64,000 nucleotides of DNA from a virus (lineage: Duplodnaviria; Caudoviricetes): positions 1,929 to 65,928 of IMG/VR virus record IMGVR_UViG_3300030376_005986, one strand, 5' to 3'. A model generated the notes under the pieces. The model was not told the origin of the DNA. It did no database searches and was given only the letters and a program-made list of their open reading frames with translations. The translations under genes were made by a program, and so were the position numbers. Of this stretch, positions 26,560-35,659 are shown one piece after another; position 1 is the stretch's first letter, and each line of letters begins with the position of its first letter.

Positions 26560-27762
26560 ATGAGCCATGAATGTAGAATTTGCTTGGAAGCATTCATCCC
26601 AAATCAACCGTGGCAGGTATTATGCGGAAACAAAAACTGTTCGATTGAGAACAGGAAAAGAAACCGAAAGAAAAAATATCTAGAAGATCCAAAGGTAAAA
26701 GAATACAACAGGATATATGATAGTAAAAGGAGAGCTAAGGTTGAATCAAAAAAACCAAAAGGAAATAACTGTAAGCATTGTGGTAGCTGGTATAAATACC
26801 CATTCACCAAAAAAAATAAAGAAGGGGATTTAAATATAAACAGGGCAGTAAAATACTGCAGCTTAAAATGTAGAGAGAAATCTAAAAGTGTAAGACTACA
26901 AGGTGGTGGTCTTGTTTTTTTTAAAGGAGAAATAAAGCATTGGAAAAAAGTGAAAAAACATGAATGCAAAATCTGCAATAATACATTTGATGCAGAAAAA
27001 CTAGTGATAAGAGATGGAAAAAAATTCAAACAATATTTAAAGAATGCTTTATATTGTTCTGATAAGTGTAGGAAAGAAGCAACGAACGTCCTCTCTAGAG
27101 AGCGTTGGTGGCAAGGGGAAAGAGAAAAATACCTTAAGAAAAAAAGAAAAGGCAATTGTGTAGTTTGTGGTTTAATATACCACACCTTCAGTGGAAGACA
27201 GAAAACATGCCTTAAAAAAGAATGCCAAAGAGAAAGCCACCAAAGAGGCGTTAGGGTAAACAAAGGGCAAGAAGAAATACCCGTTGATAAGATACATAAA
27301 ATTAAATGTGAATACGACAAGTGCGGGAAAGTTTTTACTTGTAGAAAATCCACAAATTCAACAGGCAATCTCCCTAAGCACTGCTCCCGTGCTTGCGTTA
27401 AAAATAAACATGCTGATAATGTTAGGCATAGTTTAGATCATAAAATTAAAAGCAGGTTAAGATCTAGGGTAAGGTCTGCTCTAATGAACAACGCAAGGGG
27501 TAAAATAAACAAAGCTAAAAAAACAGAAGAACTTTTAGGTTGTAAAATATCTGAGTTGAAGAGTTTGTTTTCTAAAAAGTTTACACAAGGAATGTCGTGG
27601 AAGAAATTTCTAGCAGGCGAGATACACATAGACCACATCAAGCCGTGTATTTCATTCGATCTAACGAAGGAATCAGAGCAGAGGAAGTGCTTCAACTATA
27701 AGAACCTTCAGCCCCTATGGGCTAAGGATAATCTTAGCAAGGGTGCTAAGATAGCAGCATAA
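26560..27762 (+). mobile_element. HNH homing endonuclease with multiple CxxC Zn-finger repeats
   Basis: C-terminal HIDHIKPC..FDL....QRKCFNYKNLQPLWAKDNLSKG; repeated CxxC...YCS.KC units. Confidence 0.8.
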
Positions 27763-27766
27763 TTTT

Positions 27767-28333
27767 ATGGAGCAGATAACCATAGAAGGGATACTCGACC
27801 AACCCTTAATACAATTGGTCAAGAACGCACCATCTAATCCTATAACAAGGGGACAGATACGTGCCGCCACTAATCTGGTCATACCAGATGGAGTGATAAC
27901 AACGGAAGGCATAACTCAATATGTCTTGGAGAACTATGATGCAAGTAAAGCACCGTCCAAACCTGTGCTAAGGCTTGGAAGGCAAATGGATGGAGGTAAT
28001 GTAATATTTACTGATACATTCAGCGGATCTGAAACAAGGTATTACAGAACCACGGAGTCACTAGTTGCTTACATAGAAGAAGACGTGACGTTTACCGAGG
28101 CAGACTTTGATAATTGCCATGACAAAGAAGATATTATGAATGCTATAGAACGTAAGATTAATGATGAAGTATCTATCGGAGAAGTAGTAGACGAAGCTCA
28201 TCACGAAACTGTAGACAGGGAACTAGATGACAGTAGTGACCTTGACGTTGACTATAACCTTGAGGAAATTTGGGCTGAACATGGTGAAGCTATTGCAGCT
28301 AGCCTTGGATTAGCCATTGAAGAACTAGAATAA
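27767..28333 (+). CDS. Acidic hypothetical protein inside the Ubl operon (188 aa)
   Basis: D/E-rich C-terminal half; immediately precedes JAB. Confidence 0.6.
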   Translation: MEQITIEGILDQPLIQLVKNAPSNPITRGQIRAATNLVIPDGVITTEGITQYVLENYDASKAPSKPVLRLGRQMDGGNVIFTDTFSGSETRYYRTTESLVAYIEEDVTFTEADFDNCHDKEDIMNAIERKINDEVSIGEVVDEAHHETVDRELDDSSDLDVDYNLEEIWAEHGEAIAASLGLAIEELE

Positions 28334-28335
28334 CA

Positions 28336-29406
28336 ATGAACCTAATACTACATAAAGATACTGTTTATGAAACAGTAGAATCAGAATACTACACGGGGCA
28401 TCAACCAGTGAAGATAGTAAAAGGAGAGCCTAGCCTCTCTTGGAAAGGTGGTAAGATACCAATAGAAGAATGGAATAAAATACTAGCATTCTTCAAGTGG
28501 TCTTACGACGAGACTAAAAGCGAGACGCAAGTGCGTCTGTTGTATAACCCTACTGAAAACAAGTGGGCAGCATGGGCGTTCCCTCAGGAACACGGTACAG
28601 GTATGACAACGAAAGAGATAGATGGGGTTGATAAAGATACCCAAAGAGAAAAGTTCTCTGGTTACATTGTCAACGGAACTGTTCATCACCATTGTTCATC
28701 ATCTGCATTCCAGTCAGGAACTGACAAGGACAATGAACAAAGCCAAGACGGGGTGCATATTACAGTAGGACACATGGATACACAAAAGTATGACATACAT
28801 GCTAGAGTGTGTAGATCCAACTCAATGTATTCATGTTCATACAGTGAATGGTTTGATTACCCTGATGAATGGACAAGCATACTTCCTAAGAAGTTTATCA
28901 ATGAAGCTGTCAAAGAAGTGTTAGTTACCCCGCCTAGTGAACCTTCGTTCCCTGAAGAGTGGAAAAGTAATCTTATTAAAGTAGAGAAATCTATTTATTC
29001 TGGGTGGAGCGGAAGAAGAAATTACAGTAATGATGATTGGTATCAATCACAAAAGACTCACTTCAATACGCCGACTAAACTTCCTGCAGAATATACAGAA
29101 GAAGAGAAGAAGGAAGAGATAACTAAGCTTATAAAAGAATGGCTTGATGAGAACGGAGATTCGTTACAAATGGATGCTATGGATCTATTGGAAATGTGGG
29201 AGTATGTATTGATTGCAGATAAGGTTATAGATCTGAATGAAGCTATAGATAAAATGGAAATCACTGAAACGGAATTCGAATCATATTGTCAGTCAATCAC
29301 ACTTGACGAGGCCAACAATCATATGGATGACACAGTTGAAAAAGAAGACATCACCATTGAAGGAGACATTAAGTATACAGATCACTATGGCAGCTATGGA
29401 TTATGA
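28336..29406 (+). CDS. JAB/MPN+ metalloprotease (PRTRC protein A-like deconjugase) with acidic C-terminal extension
   Basis: Upstream Glu in SETQVRLLY; HxH-x7-S-x2-D in TVHHHCSSSAFQSGTDKDNE; DGVHITVG. Confidence 0.85.
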   Translation: MNLILHKDTVYETVESEYYTGHQPVKIVKGEPSLSWKGGKIPIEEWNKILAFFKWSYDETKSETQVRLLYNPTENKWAAWAFPQEHGTGMTTKEIDGVDKDTQREKFSGYIVNGTVHHHCSSSAFQSGTDKDNEQSQDGVHITVGHMDTQKYDIHARVCRSNSMYSCSYSEWFDYPDEWTSILPKKFINEAVKEVLVTPPSEPSFPEEWKSNLIKVEKSIYSGWSGRRNYSNDDWYQSQKTHFNTPTKLPAEYTEEEKKEEITKLIKEWLDENGDSLQMDAMDLLEMWEYVLIADKVIDLNEAIDKMEITETEFESYCQSITLDEANNHMDDTVEKEDITIEGDIKYTDHYGSYGL

Positions 29407-29621
29407 ATCTTGGGGAGCATCAAACAACAGAAGAAGGAGATCCCGTCCTATTCTGGTTGGAAATAGGGGAGGAAGGATTGGATGAGGTGCTAATTGAAAA
29501 CGGAATAGTACCTTGTCATTTACATAGGAACCTAGCCACTGACAAGCTAAGAGCTGACTCCTTGTCATGGGTTAGAGATACAGTAGAAGAGTTAGCTGAA
29601 GAACTAAGAAATAATAACTAA
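29403..29621 (+). CDS. Hypothetical protein (72 aa)
   Basis: ATGA overlap with JAB. Confidence 0.55.
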   Translation: MNLGEHQTTEEGDPVLFWLEIGEEGLDEVLIENGIVPCHLHRNLATDKLRADSLSWVRDTVEELAEELRNNN

Positions 29622-29622
29622 A

Positions 29623-30588
29623 ATGGAAAACATAATATATGAACAACAGATAGATCCTGTTACCGCGAACTTAGCACGACATGTGTATAAGTGTAGACCG
29701 AAAACAAATGTCACAAGAGGTTTACCTGAGTGGCATAAAGCAATGAGAGACTTCAAGATTCACAACAGTTTACTTAATCTAAGTAACTCTCATCATAGAG
29801 GTGGAGGCTTACATGATAGGCATTCATATCATCACCATTGTTTTGATAATACGTATGCTGAGGTGGTTGATACTCTACCAGAACATCATTACCACAAGTT
29901 CTACTTAAGCCCTGAGTCAACTAGATGGAGCTTAGCGGACACCATGAACATAGAGAGCATACCTTACTGGAAATACATAAGGTTATATTATGTCTCTCAT
30001 GTGTTTAATTGGAACGAAAATGCTACTGGAGCAGACCGTGTTAGTTTTAGCAGAAGAGAGCACACCTTTGCTGTGTGGGGTAGAGATGGAAGGGTAAGGT
30101 TAGCACCTAATGCTATGTTATCAGAGGGAAAAGGTATTAGCTTATACAATAGGTTGAACGGGTTAATGGGTTTTAGTTATCAAAGAACTCAAAGTGACGA
30201 TGATCAACCAGTTTTCTCAGTTGAATCAGGAATGCTTAGAATTAATAGAACAATTAAAACTCATAGGAACTACTCAGAAAATATAACAAGTATGCCTGTA
30301 ATGAACGGAGATATAATCGACGTTAAGACAGGAGAACATCATTCAAGATGGATGCATCGTGAACGAGAGATGCCTGACATAATGTCTGACATCAAACTTA
30401 AAAGACAACTACCTTCTCAAATCAGATCTCAGTTTACAAATGCACCAATGAATCCATCTGTAAGGTCAGCGATTCGTGCGGAGATTAATCAAGTTGTTCC
30501 TGATCAAGTTCAAGATATAGAAGCATTAGATAGGTTTCTTAATGAAGGTAGAACTATTCTCTCAGAAAAAGGAGTGTTCATATTATGA
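29623..30588 (+). CDS. Hypothetical protein (321 aa, His-rich segment)
   Basis: ORF track. Confidence 0.65.
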   Translation: MENIIYEQQIDPVTANLARHVYKCRPKTNVTRGLPEWHKAMRDFKIHNSLLNLSNSHHRGGGLHDRHSYHHHCFDNTYAEVVDTLPEHHYHKFYLSPESTRWSLADTMNIESIPYWKYIRLYYVSHVFNWNENATGADRVSFSRREHTFAVWGRDGRVRLAPNAMLSEGKGISLYNRLNGLMGFSYQRTQSDDDQPVFSVESGMLRINRTIKTHRNYSENITSMPVMNGDIIDVKTGEHHSRWMHREREMPDIMSDIKLKRQLPSQIRSQFTNAPMNPSVRSAIRAEINQVVPDQVQDIEALDRFLNEGRTILSEKGVFIL

Positions 30589-30881
30589 GTAAGGAAAGAA
30601 AAATATTAAAAGGTCAAATCCTTTCCAAGGATTTTAAATCTAACAAAGCTAAAGGATTCAGTATTAAAGAGAGCAATAGTACACCAGAATACACATGCCA
30701 AGCTACCATTGGTGACTCTGGCCACACAGTGCTAGATGGAGATGTTCATAAAACTAAGTTACAAATAGGAGCTAAGATTAAAGAGAACATCCTGTCTGGT
30801 CGCTGGCCTGCAGAAACTAGAGCAGAGATAGAAATGCTTAGAAAGCACAGAGAAGAACTAGAAAAGAAAAAGAAAAAATGA
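30585..30881 (+). CDS. Hypothetical basic protein (98 aa)
   Basis: ATGA coupled. Confidence 0.55.
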   Translation: MSKERKILKGQILSKDFKSNKAKGFSIKESNSTPEYTCQATIGDSGHTVLDGDVHKTKLQIGAKIKENILSGRWPAETRAEIEMLRKHREELEKKKKK

Positions 30882-31153
30882 ATCCGTTTGAATATAATTC
30901 TATTCACCTTAACGAGGCTGGATACAGGTTCGGCATAGCCAAACTTAAAGGGAAGACATCCAAGGCTCTGCTTAAAACAAAAGAAGAAGGGGTCTTGGTT
31001 GTGCCTTTATGGGTTAACCCTGACAAGACAAGCAAGGATACACTGTATGCTATATTAGGCAGCGAACCTAAGATCGGAGAGCATTCAGAGGTAGAGATCC
31101 CTCAGGAGGAAGTAAAGAACCTGATATATTCAGAGCCAGTTCGTTTTAATTAA
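30878..31153 (+). CDS. Hypothetical protein (91 aa)
   Basis: ATGA coupled. Confidence 0.55.
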   Translation: MNPFEYNSIHLNEAGYRFGIAKLKGKTSKALLKTKEEGVLVVPLWVNPDKTSKDTLYAILGSEPKIGEHSEVEIPQEEVKNLIYSEPVRFN

Positions 31154-31207
31154 TTTGCTTTTTAAAAAAATAAATGATAATTATTTTTTTTAATTGCTAG
31201 CATACAC

Positions 31208-31465
31208 ATGGAACAGAAAATACTAAATGATACAAGAGAGCTGCTAGAGGCATCTAAAAATACTCTAGTAAAATGTATCGAAGAAATGAATGAGTTCTCT
31301 CACAACTCCAGATTAAAAGGAGGAGATGCAACGGACTGGGTTAAGAGATACCAGACTGTTAGGAATAAGCTGAATGAGTGTGAAGATATACTGGACGATC
31401 TTAAAGAAAAGTATTCCGACACTTGTTTCAACTATGGAGATGAAGAAAATGTCGAAGTTTTATAA
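31208..31465 (+). CDS. Hypothetical coiled-coil protein (85 aa)
   Basis: Follows an A/T inverted repeat (31164-31190). Confidence 0.55.
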   Translation: MEQKILNDTRELLEASKNTLVKCIEEMNEFSHNSRLKGGDATDWVKRYQTVRNKLNECEDILDDLKEKYSDTCFNYGDEENVEVL

Positions 31466-31679
31466 ACTATCACATAGAAATCTGCACCTTGGCGTTCTTG
31501 TAAACTGGGCAACCACTAAAAAGGAAGCCTATAAAATGAGGAGTGATATAAGGAACAGATACAGAAAATGTCCTGAAGACTATGAATCTCCAGTAGAAAT
31601 AAGCGAGGTAGATATTCCTAAAGACAAGGCTGGTTTATGTAGATGGCTTAATAATCAAAACATGAAAGACAATGGATAA
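31374..31679 (+). CDS. Hypothetical protein (true start probably near 31449)
   Basis: ORF track. Confidence 0.45.
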   Translation: MSVKIYWTILKKSIPTLVSTMEMKKMSKFYKLSHRNLHLGVLVNWATTKKEAYKMRSDIRNRYRKCPEDYESPVEISEVDIPKDKAGLCRWLNNQNMKDNG

Positions 31680-31878
31680 ATTAATACATAAATACATGGA
31701 CAACTACAACACATCTAAAAGAAAGGAAGTTGAAATGCCAATAGAGGAGATAAGAATTTATATTGAATCCAATATAAAAAACATTAGCGATGTAACCGCA
31801 TCAAGAATATACGAATTGATGACAGGTAGACCAACGCTAGGTAAAACAGAACAAAACAAAATAAGAGTAATAACATGA
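31672..31878 (+). CDS. Hypothetical protein (68 aa)
   Basis: ORF track; coupled. Confidence 0.5.
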   Translation: MDKLIHKYMDNYNTSKRKEVEMPIEEIRIYIESNIKNISDVTASRIYELMTGRPTLGKTEQNKIRVIT

Positions 31879-32216
31879 GTGAAGATAAAATAATTCCAAT
31901 GGATAAAAAAACAGAAAGCGATCCAACACTGGAGCAAAAAAATCAAGAGAAAATAGCGGGTGAGTTAGGCCAAAAGATATGTGATTTGATAGGAGATTAC
32001 ATAGAAAACAAAGGCTTTCACCCTTTAACAGCAACACTACTGGTAGCAGATATTGCTGCAATGTATTGCGTGCATGGGGGTAATGCTGGAATAGCAGTAT
32101 TATCAGAAGCCTTGGGGTCCAAGTGCAGAGAGATGGCTGGTAAAGAAGTTGAAGCTCACAAAGCTATGGAAGCAATGGAAGAAACAAAGCCTAAAGAAGA
32201 GGAGTCTAAAGAATAA
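31875..32216 (+). CDS. Hypothetical protein (113 aa)
   Basis: ATGA coupled. Confidence 0.55.
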   Translation: MSEDKIIPMDKKTESDPTLEQKNQEKIAGELGQKICDLIGDYIENKGFHPLTATLLVADIAAMYCVHGGNAGIAVLSEALGSKCREMAGKEVEAHKAMEAMEETKPKEEESKE

Positions 32217-32261
32217 TATAATTTTCTTGCATTTAATTTCTAATTGTTTGATTCTTTTTTC

Positions 32262-32411
32262 GTGCCTGTTATTTCAATAACTAAAGATACTCATTTAAAA
32301 TTGAAGAAAGCTTGTGAAGCTACTGGCGTGAAGCTGACTTACGCTGCTGATCAAGCTGTTCTTCTTTATGTTAAACAGAGCGGACAACTTAACAAAAAGA
32401 AATCTAAGTGA
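32262..32411 (+). CDS. Ribbon-helix-helix-like regulator (49 aa, GTG start; not in track)
   Basis: MPVISITKDTHLKLKKACEATGVKLTYAADQAVLLYV: beta strand followed by two helices. Confidence 0.55.
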   Translation: MPVISITKDTHLKLKKACEATGVKLTYAADQAVLLYVKQSGQLNKKKSK

Positions 32412-32735
32412 ATGATTCATCTGGTGGTACAGGGGCGTGGTCACATAGGCAACTTCAAGAATTGCAAAGCTTGTTGGAGGAATATGTTGATAACAGTCCC
32501 GCGAGCAAAAAACCAGATGCAATCCATAGAGAAAGATTTCGTGTCACAATTGACCTCCTTGTATCAGACAACCGAAGACGAGACCCAGACGGGGCAATCA
32601 ATACAGTCATGGATTGCCTCGTCAATGCCGTTAGACGACTCCGTGAGGGAGATAGCAGAGATAGTGGTGCGAGTAAAAAGAGCTCCCAAAGGAAACGAAG
32701 GAGCAATAATAAAACTAGAAAACATAAGTAAATAA
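32408..32735 (+). CDS. RusA-like locus spread over two fully overlapping frames (32412-32735 and 32408-32731)
   Basis: Frame 32408: RVTIDLLVSDNRRRDPDGAINTVMDCL. Frame 32412: IHLVVQG..GNFKN and LDDSVREIAEIVV...EGAIIKL. Confidence 0.5.
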
Positions 32736-33617
32736 ATGAGCCTAAAGTTCAATAAAGCTACAAAGAAGAAAGCCAAGTTAAGGGCAGGCCTATATGGTAC
32801 GTCTGGAAGTGGCAAGACAATGACCGCTCTACTTATTGCCAAAGGCATGGGTGGAAAGACAGCGTTCATTGACACCGAACATGGGAGTGCAAGTAAGTAT
32901 TCAGACTTGTTTGACTTTGATGTTTGTGAGTTGGATTCCTTCAATCCGAAGGAACTTATAAAGGGATTGGAAGACATCCCTACCGAATACGATACCGTTG
33001 TTATTGATTCCATGTCAGCATTCTGGCAAGGAGAGAATGGTATCTTACAACAAGTAGAGAACGCTGGGAAGCGTAGCCAAGGTGGGAATTCTTTTCGTGC
33101 TTGGGCTGACGTTTCTCCTATGCTGAACAGGATCAACGACTTAGTAATGGGTGCTCCTTATCATGTGATTACCACATTAAGAGCGAAGACTGATTACGTT
33201 GTTGAGAAGAACGAAAAAGGAAGACAAGCTCCAAGGAAGATAGGACTAGCCCCTGTTTACAAAGAAGGCTGGGAATATAACTTAGACTTCATTGCCCGTA
33301 TGGACACTGATAACAGCTTGATAGTTGAGAAGACTAGGATTCCTGAGTTCGCTGGAGAAGTAATAAGTAAACCTGACGAAGAGGTAGGTAAGAGATTAGC
33401 TGCATGGTTAGGTCAAGGAGAGAAAGTTCCTACTGACATTGAACAATTAGAAGTTCTTATATCTGAGATAACTACACCTAAAAAGTTTATAGAGATAGCT
33501 ATTAGGAGAGGTACTTTAGATGAGAAGATTAAAGATATATCACTCATTCCAAAGGATCAGGTTAAATCTTTTATTAAGAACTGGAATAGTATTGTTCCTA
33601 TACTTGAGGAGAAATAA
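32736..33617 (+). CDS. AAA_24 / Sak4-like recombination ATPase
   Basis: GLYGTSGSGKT, IDTEHGS, VVIDSMS, KEGWEYNLD. Confidence 0.85.
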   Translation: MSLKFNKATKKKAKLRAGLYGTSGSGKTMTALLIAKGMGGKTAFIDTEHGSASKYSDLFDFDVCELDSFNPKELIKGLEDIPTEYDTVVIDSMSAFWQGENGILQQVENAGKRSQGGNSFRAWADVSPMLNRINDLVMGAPYHVITTLRAKTDYVVEKNEKGRQAPRKIGLAPVYKEGWEYNLDFIARMDTDNSLIVEKTRIPEFAGEVISKPDEEVGKRLAAWLGQGEKVPTDIEQLEVLISEITTPKKFIEIAIRRGTLDEKIKDISLIPKDQVKSFIKNWNSIVPILEEK

Positions 33618-34393
33618 TGGCTTTAGTAAGACCAGATAATTCTGCTCACTGGTACACTAGTGAGGGGAAACCTAAGCACACTAGAGACAACGGAAAGCCA
33701 ACGACCCTGAAAGATGCTAGGGTCGAAGGCTTATTCCCCAGTGTCACCTCAATATTGAACGTCATGTCAAAGCCAGCACTTGAAAGCTGGAAGATAGAAC
33801 AAGGAATACTATCTGCACTTAGACTTGATCAAGGAGAAGATGAATCAACTGAATCATTTGCTAAAAGAATTGTAGCAGATATGAAAGTTGCAACATCATC
33901 AGCAGCTATATTTGGTACTAAAGTTCATAACGCTTTAGAGCAATACAACATAGATAGAACTGAGCCTAAAGAGGATGATGAAGTCTATGATTGGTTTAAA
34001 GAATATCAACCTTGGTTTGATCAGAACATAACCAAGGTTTACCAAGCTGAGCAGGTGTTGGTTAATCATCAACATGGGTATGCTGGAACTGTGGACTTAG
34101 TAGCTGATCATAATCTCTGGGGTAAATGTGTAATAGATTTCAAGACACAAGGGGTTAAAAGAAAAGCTAGGTTTTATGAGACATGGGTATACCAGCTTGC
34201 CGCTTATCAGCAATGCATAGAGGGAGACACAAAGTGTTTATCTCTAGTAATAGATTCTAAGGCTCCAACTGAACCTGTAGAAAAACTATGGGGTACAGAT
34301 GAGGTCGAGGAAGGTTGGGATATATTTAAACTATCCAACCAATTGTATCAGAAAACAAAAAACTACAAGCCTCCAGTAAAGGGGGTATTCTAA
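33617..34393 (+). CDS. PD-(D/E)XK exonuclease
   Basis: FPSVTSIL, GTKVHNALE, YAGTVDL, IDFKT, YQLAAY. Confidence 0.85.
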   Translation: MALVRPDNSAHWYTSEGKPKHTRDNGKPTTLKDARVEGLFPSVTSILNVMSKPALESWKIEQGILSALRLDQGEDESTESFAKRIVADMKVATSSAAIFGTKVHNALEQYNIDRTEPKEDDEVYDWFKEYQPWFDQNITKVYQAEQVLVNHQHGYAGTVDLVADHNLWGKCVIDFKTQGVKRKARFYETWVYQLAAYQQCIEGDTKCLSLVIDSKAPTEPVEKLWGTDEVEEGWDIFKLSNQLYQKTKNYKPPVKGVF

Positions 34394-34400
34394 ACAAGAC

Positions 34401-34787
34401 ATGTATAATAAACTAATAGTAATGGGAAACCTAGTCCGCTCACCAGAAGTGAAGGAGATAGGTAATGATAACACGGTTTGCAACTTCACAATAGCTGCTA
34501 ACCGCAAACGTGGTGACAATGAAGAGGTCGCTTACATTGACTGTGCTTCCTTCGGGAAACAAGGAGAAGTAATCGGCAAGCATGTAGCCAAAGGAGATCG
34601 TCTTCTTATTGAAGGTAGACTTCGTACAGAAAGCTGGGAAACTGATGGGAACAAACGCTCTAAGTTGAGTTGTATTGTTGAGCAGTTTACTTTTGCTAAT
34701 GGGGCTAAGGGTCAGTCAGATTCTGATGCGGCTCAACAAACCCTGAATGCTGCGGCTCAACCATCAGGAGCAGCAAACCCGTTCTAA
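34401..34787 (+). CDS. ssb: Single-stranded DNA-binding protein
   Basis: MYNKLIVMGNLVRSPE, KGDRLLIEGRLRTESWE, C-terminal PF. Confidence 0.93.
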   Translation: MYNKLIVMGNLVRSPEVKEIGNDNTVCNFTIAANRKRGDNEEVAYIDCASFGKQGEVIGKHVAKGDRLLIEGRLRTESWETDGNKRSKLSCIVEQFTFANGAKGQSDSDAAQQTLNAAAQPSGAANPF

Positions 34788-34789
34788 TA

Positions 34790-35080
34790 ATGCCAAGCAG
34801 ATTACCTCAAGCTAACAATAGTGAAGCAGGTATGTCTGCTATTATAGGAATGGTTCTAAACGAGATCGGGGGTCGGATAGTACTGACCCCCGGTTCTGTT
34901 AATGAGTTCATGGAACAGTGTGATGACACGAAACATTTTGTTGATATTAGAACAGCAGGATCAGGCGACCTCATTATAACATCGCTGCATGAGAAAGCAG
35001 ATGGTACGATAGATAAAACTTATCTTGGTATAGACTATGATAAGGAATACCCAAGAGGATGTCTGTCAAAGTTGTCATAA
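34790..35080 (+). CDS. Hypothetical protein (96 aa)
   Basis: ORF track. Confidence 0.5.
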   Translation: MPSRLPQANNSEAGMSAIIGMVLNEIGGRIVLTPGSVNEFMEQCDDTKHFVDIRTAGSGDLIITSLHEKADGTIDKTYLGIDYDKEYPRGCLSKLS

Positions 35081-35358
35081 GAAAAACAATAACAGGATAT
35101 AGATTATATATTAAATCATGTGGGGGAGAAAGCCCCGCTGGTAATAGGTTGTTAAGAGGCAAGCCTTTGCCAAATGATAAATGGGAATACGAGGATGAAG
35201 AGGAGGCAAAGATTAATGCAATAGAGCTTCAGTTATATATAGATGATTATGAAAATAAAAAACAAAGAGGGATAAGAAAAAACAAAAGACTAGAAGAGGA
35301 AGAGCGAAAGTATAGAGAAGTCATTGCGAAACATAATGCGATTAATAGAAAAACTTGA
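35059..35358 (+). CDS. Hypothetical protein (99 aa)
   Basis: ORF track. Confidence 0.5.
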   Translation: MSVKVVIRKTITGYRLYIKSCGGESPAGNRLLRGKPLPNDKWEYEDEEEAKINAIELQLYIDDYENKKQRGIRKNKRLEEEERKYREVIAKHNAINRKT

Positions 35359-35659
35359 TAGGATGCCACCATTTCTTTGTCGGTTAATGGCGAGGCGAGG
35401 GGGTAAGTCCCCATCAAACAAGGAGCTATCTAAAGATAGTGGAATACCTTTAACAACTTTAAGAAGATTATGTGAAAAAAAATCTTGGTCAGATGTTCCA
35501 GTAGGTCTTGCTGAAAAATTCAGTCAGGCTTGCGGGGTTGACCTACTTAGACAAACAAGAAGTCTAGAATATTTTAAGCGGAGGAAGTTCGCTCATATTA
35601 AAAAGAGTCCGAACTTAAAGTACTACAACAAACTATTAAAGCTATGGAAAGAAATGTAA
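35324..35659 (+). CDS. XRE-like HTH protein
   Basis: SNKELSKDSGIPLTTLRRL...LAEKFSQACGVD. Confidence 0.6.
   Translation: MRNIMRLIEKLDRMPPFLCRLMARRGGKSPSNKELSKDSGIPLTTLRRLCEKKSWSDVPVGLAEKFSQACGVDLLRQTRSLEYFKRRKFAHIKKSPNLKYYNKLLKLWKEM

Noticed and set aside
31155-31190. Sigma70 promoter before 31208 (and before 32262)
   Set aside because: A TTG-type -35 is present but no TAnnnT -10 at 16-18 bp spacing; only an A/T inverted repeat is certain.
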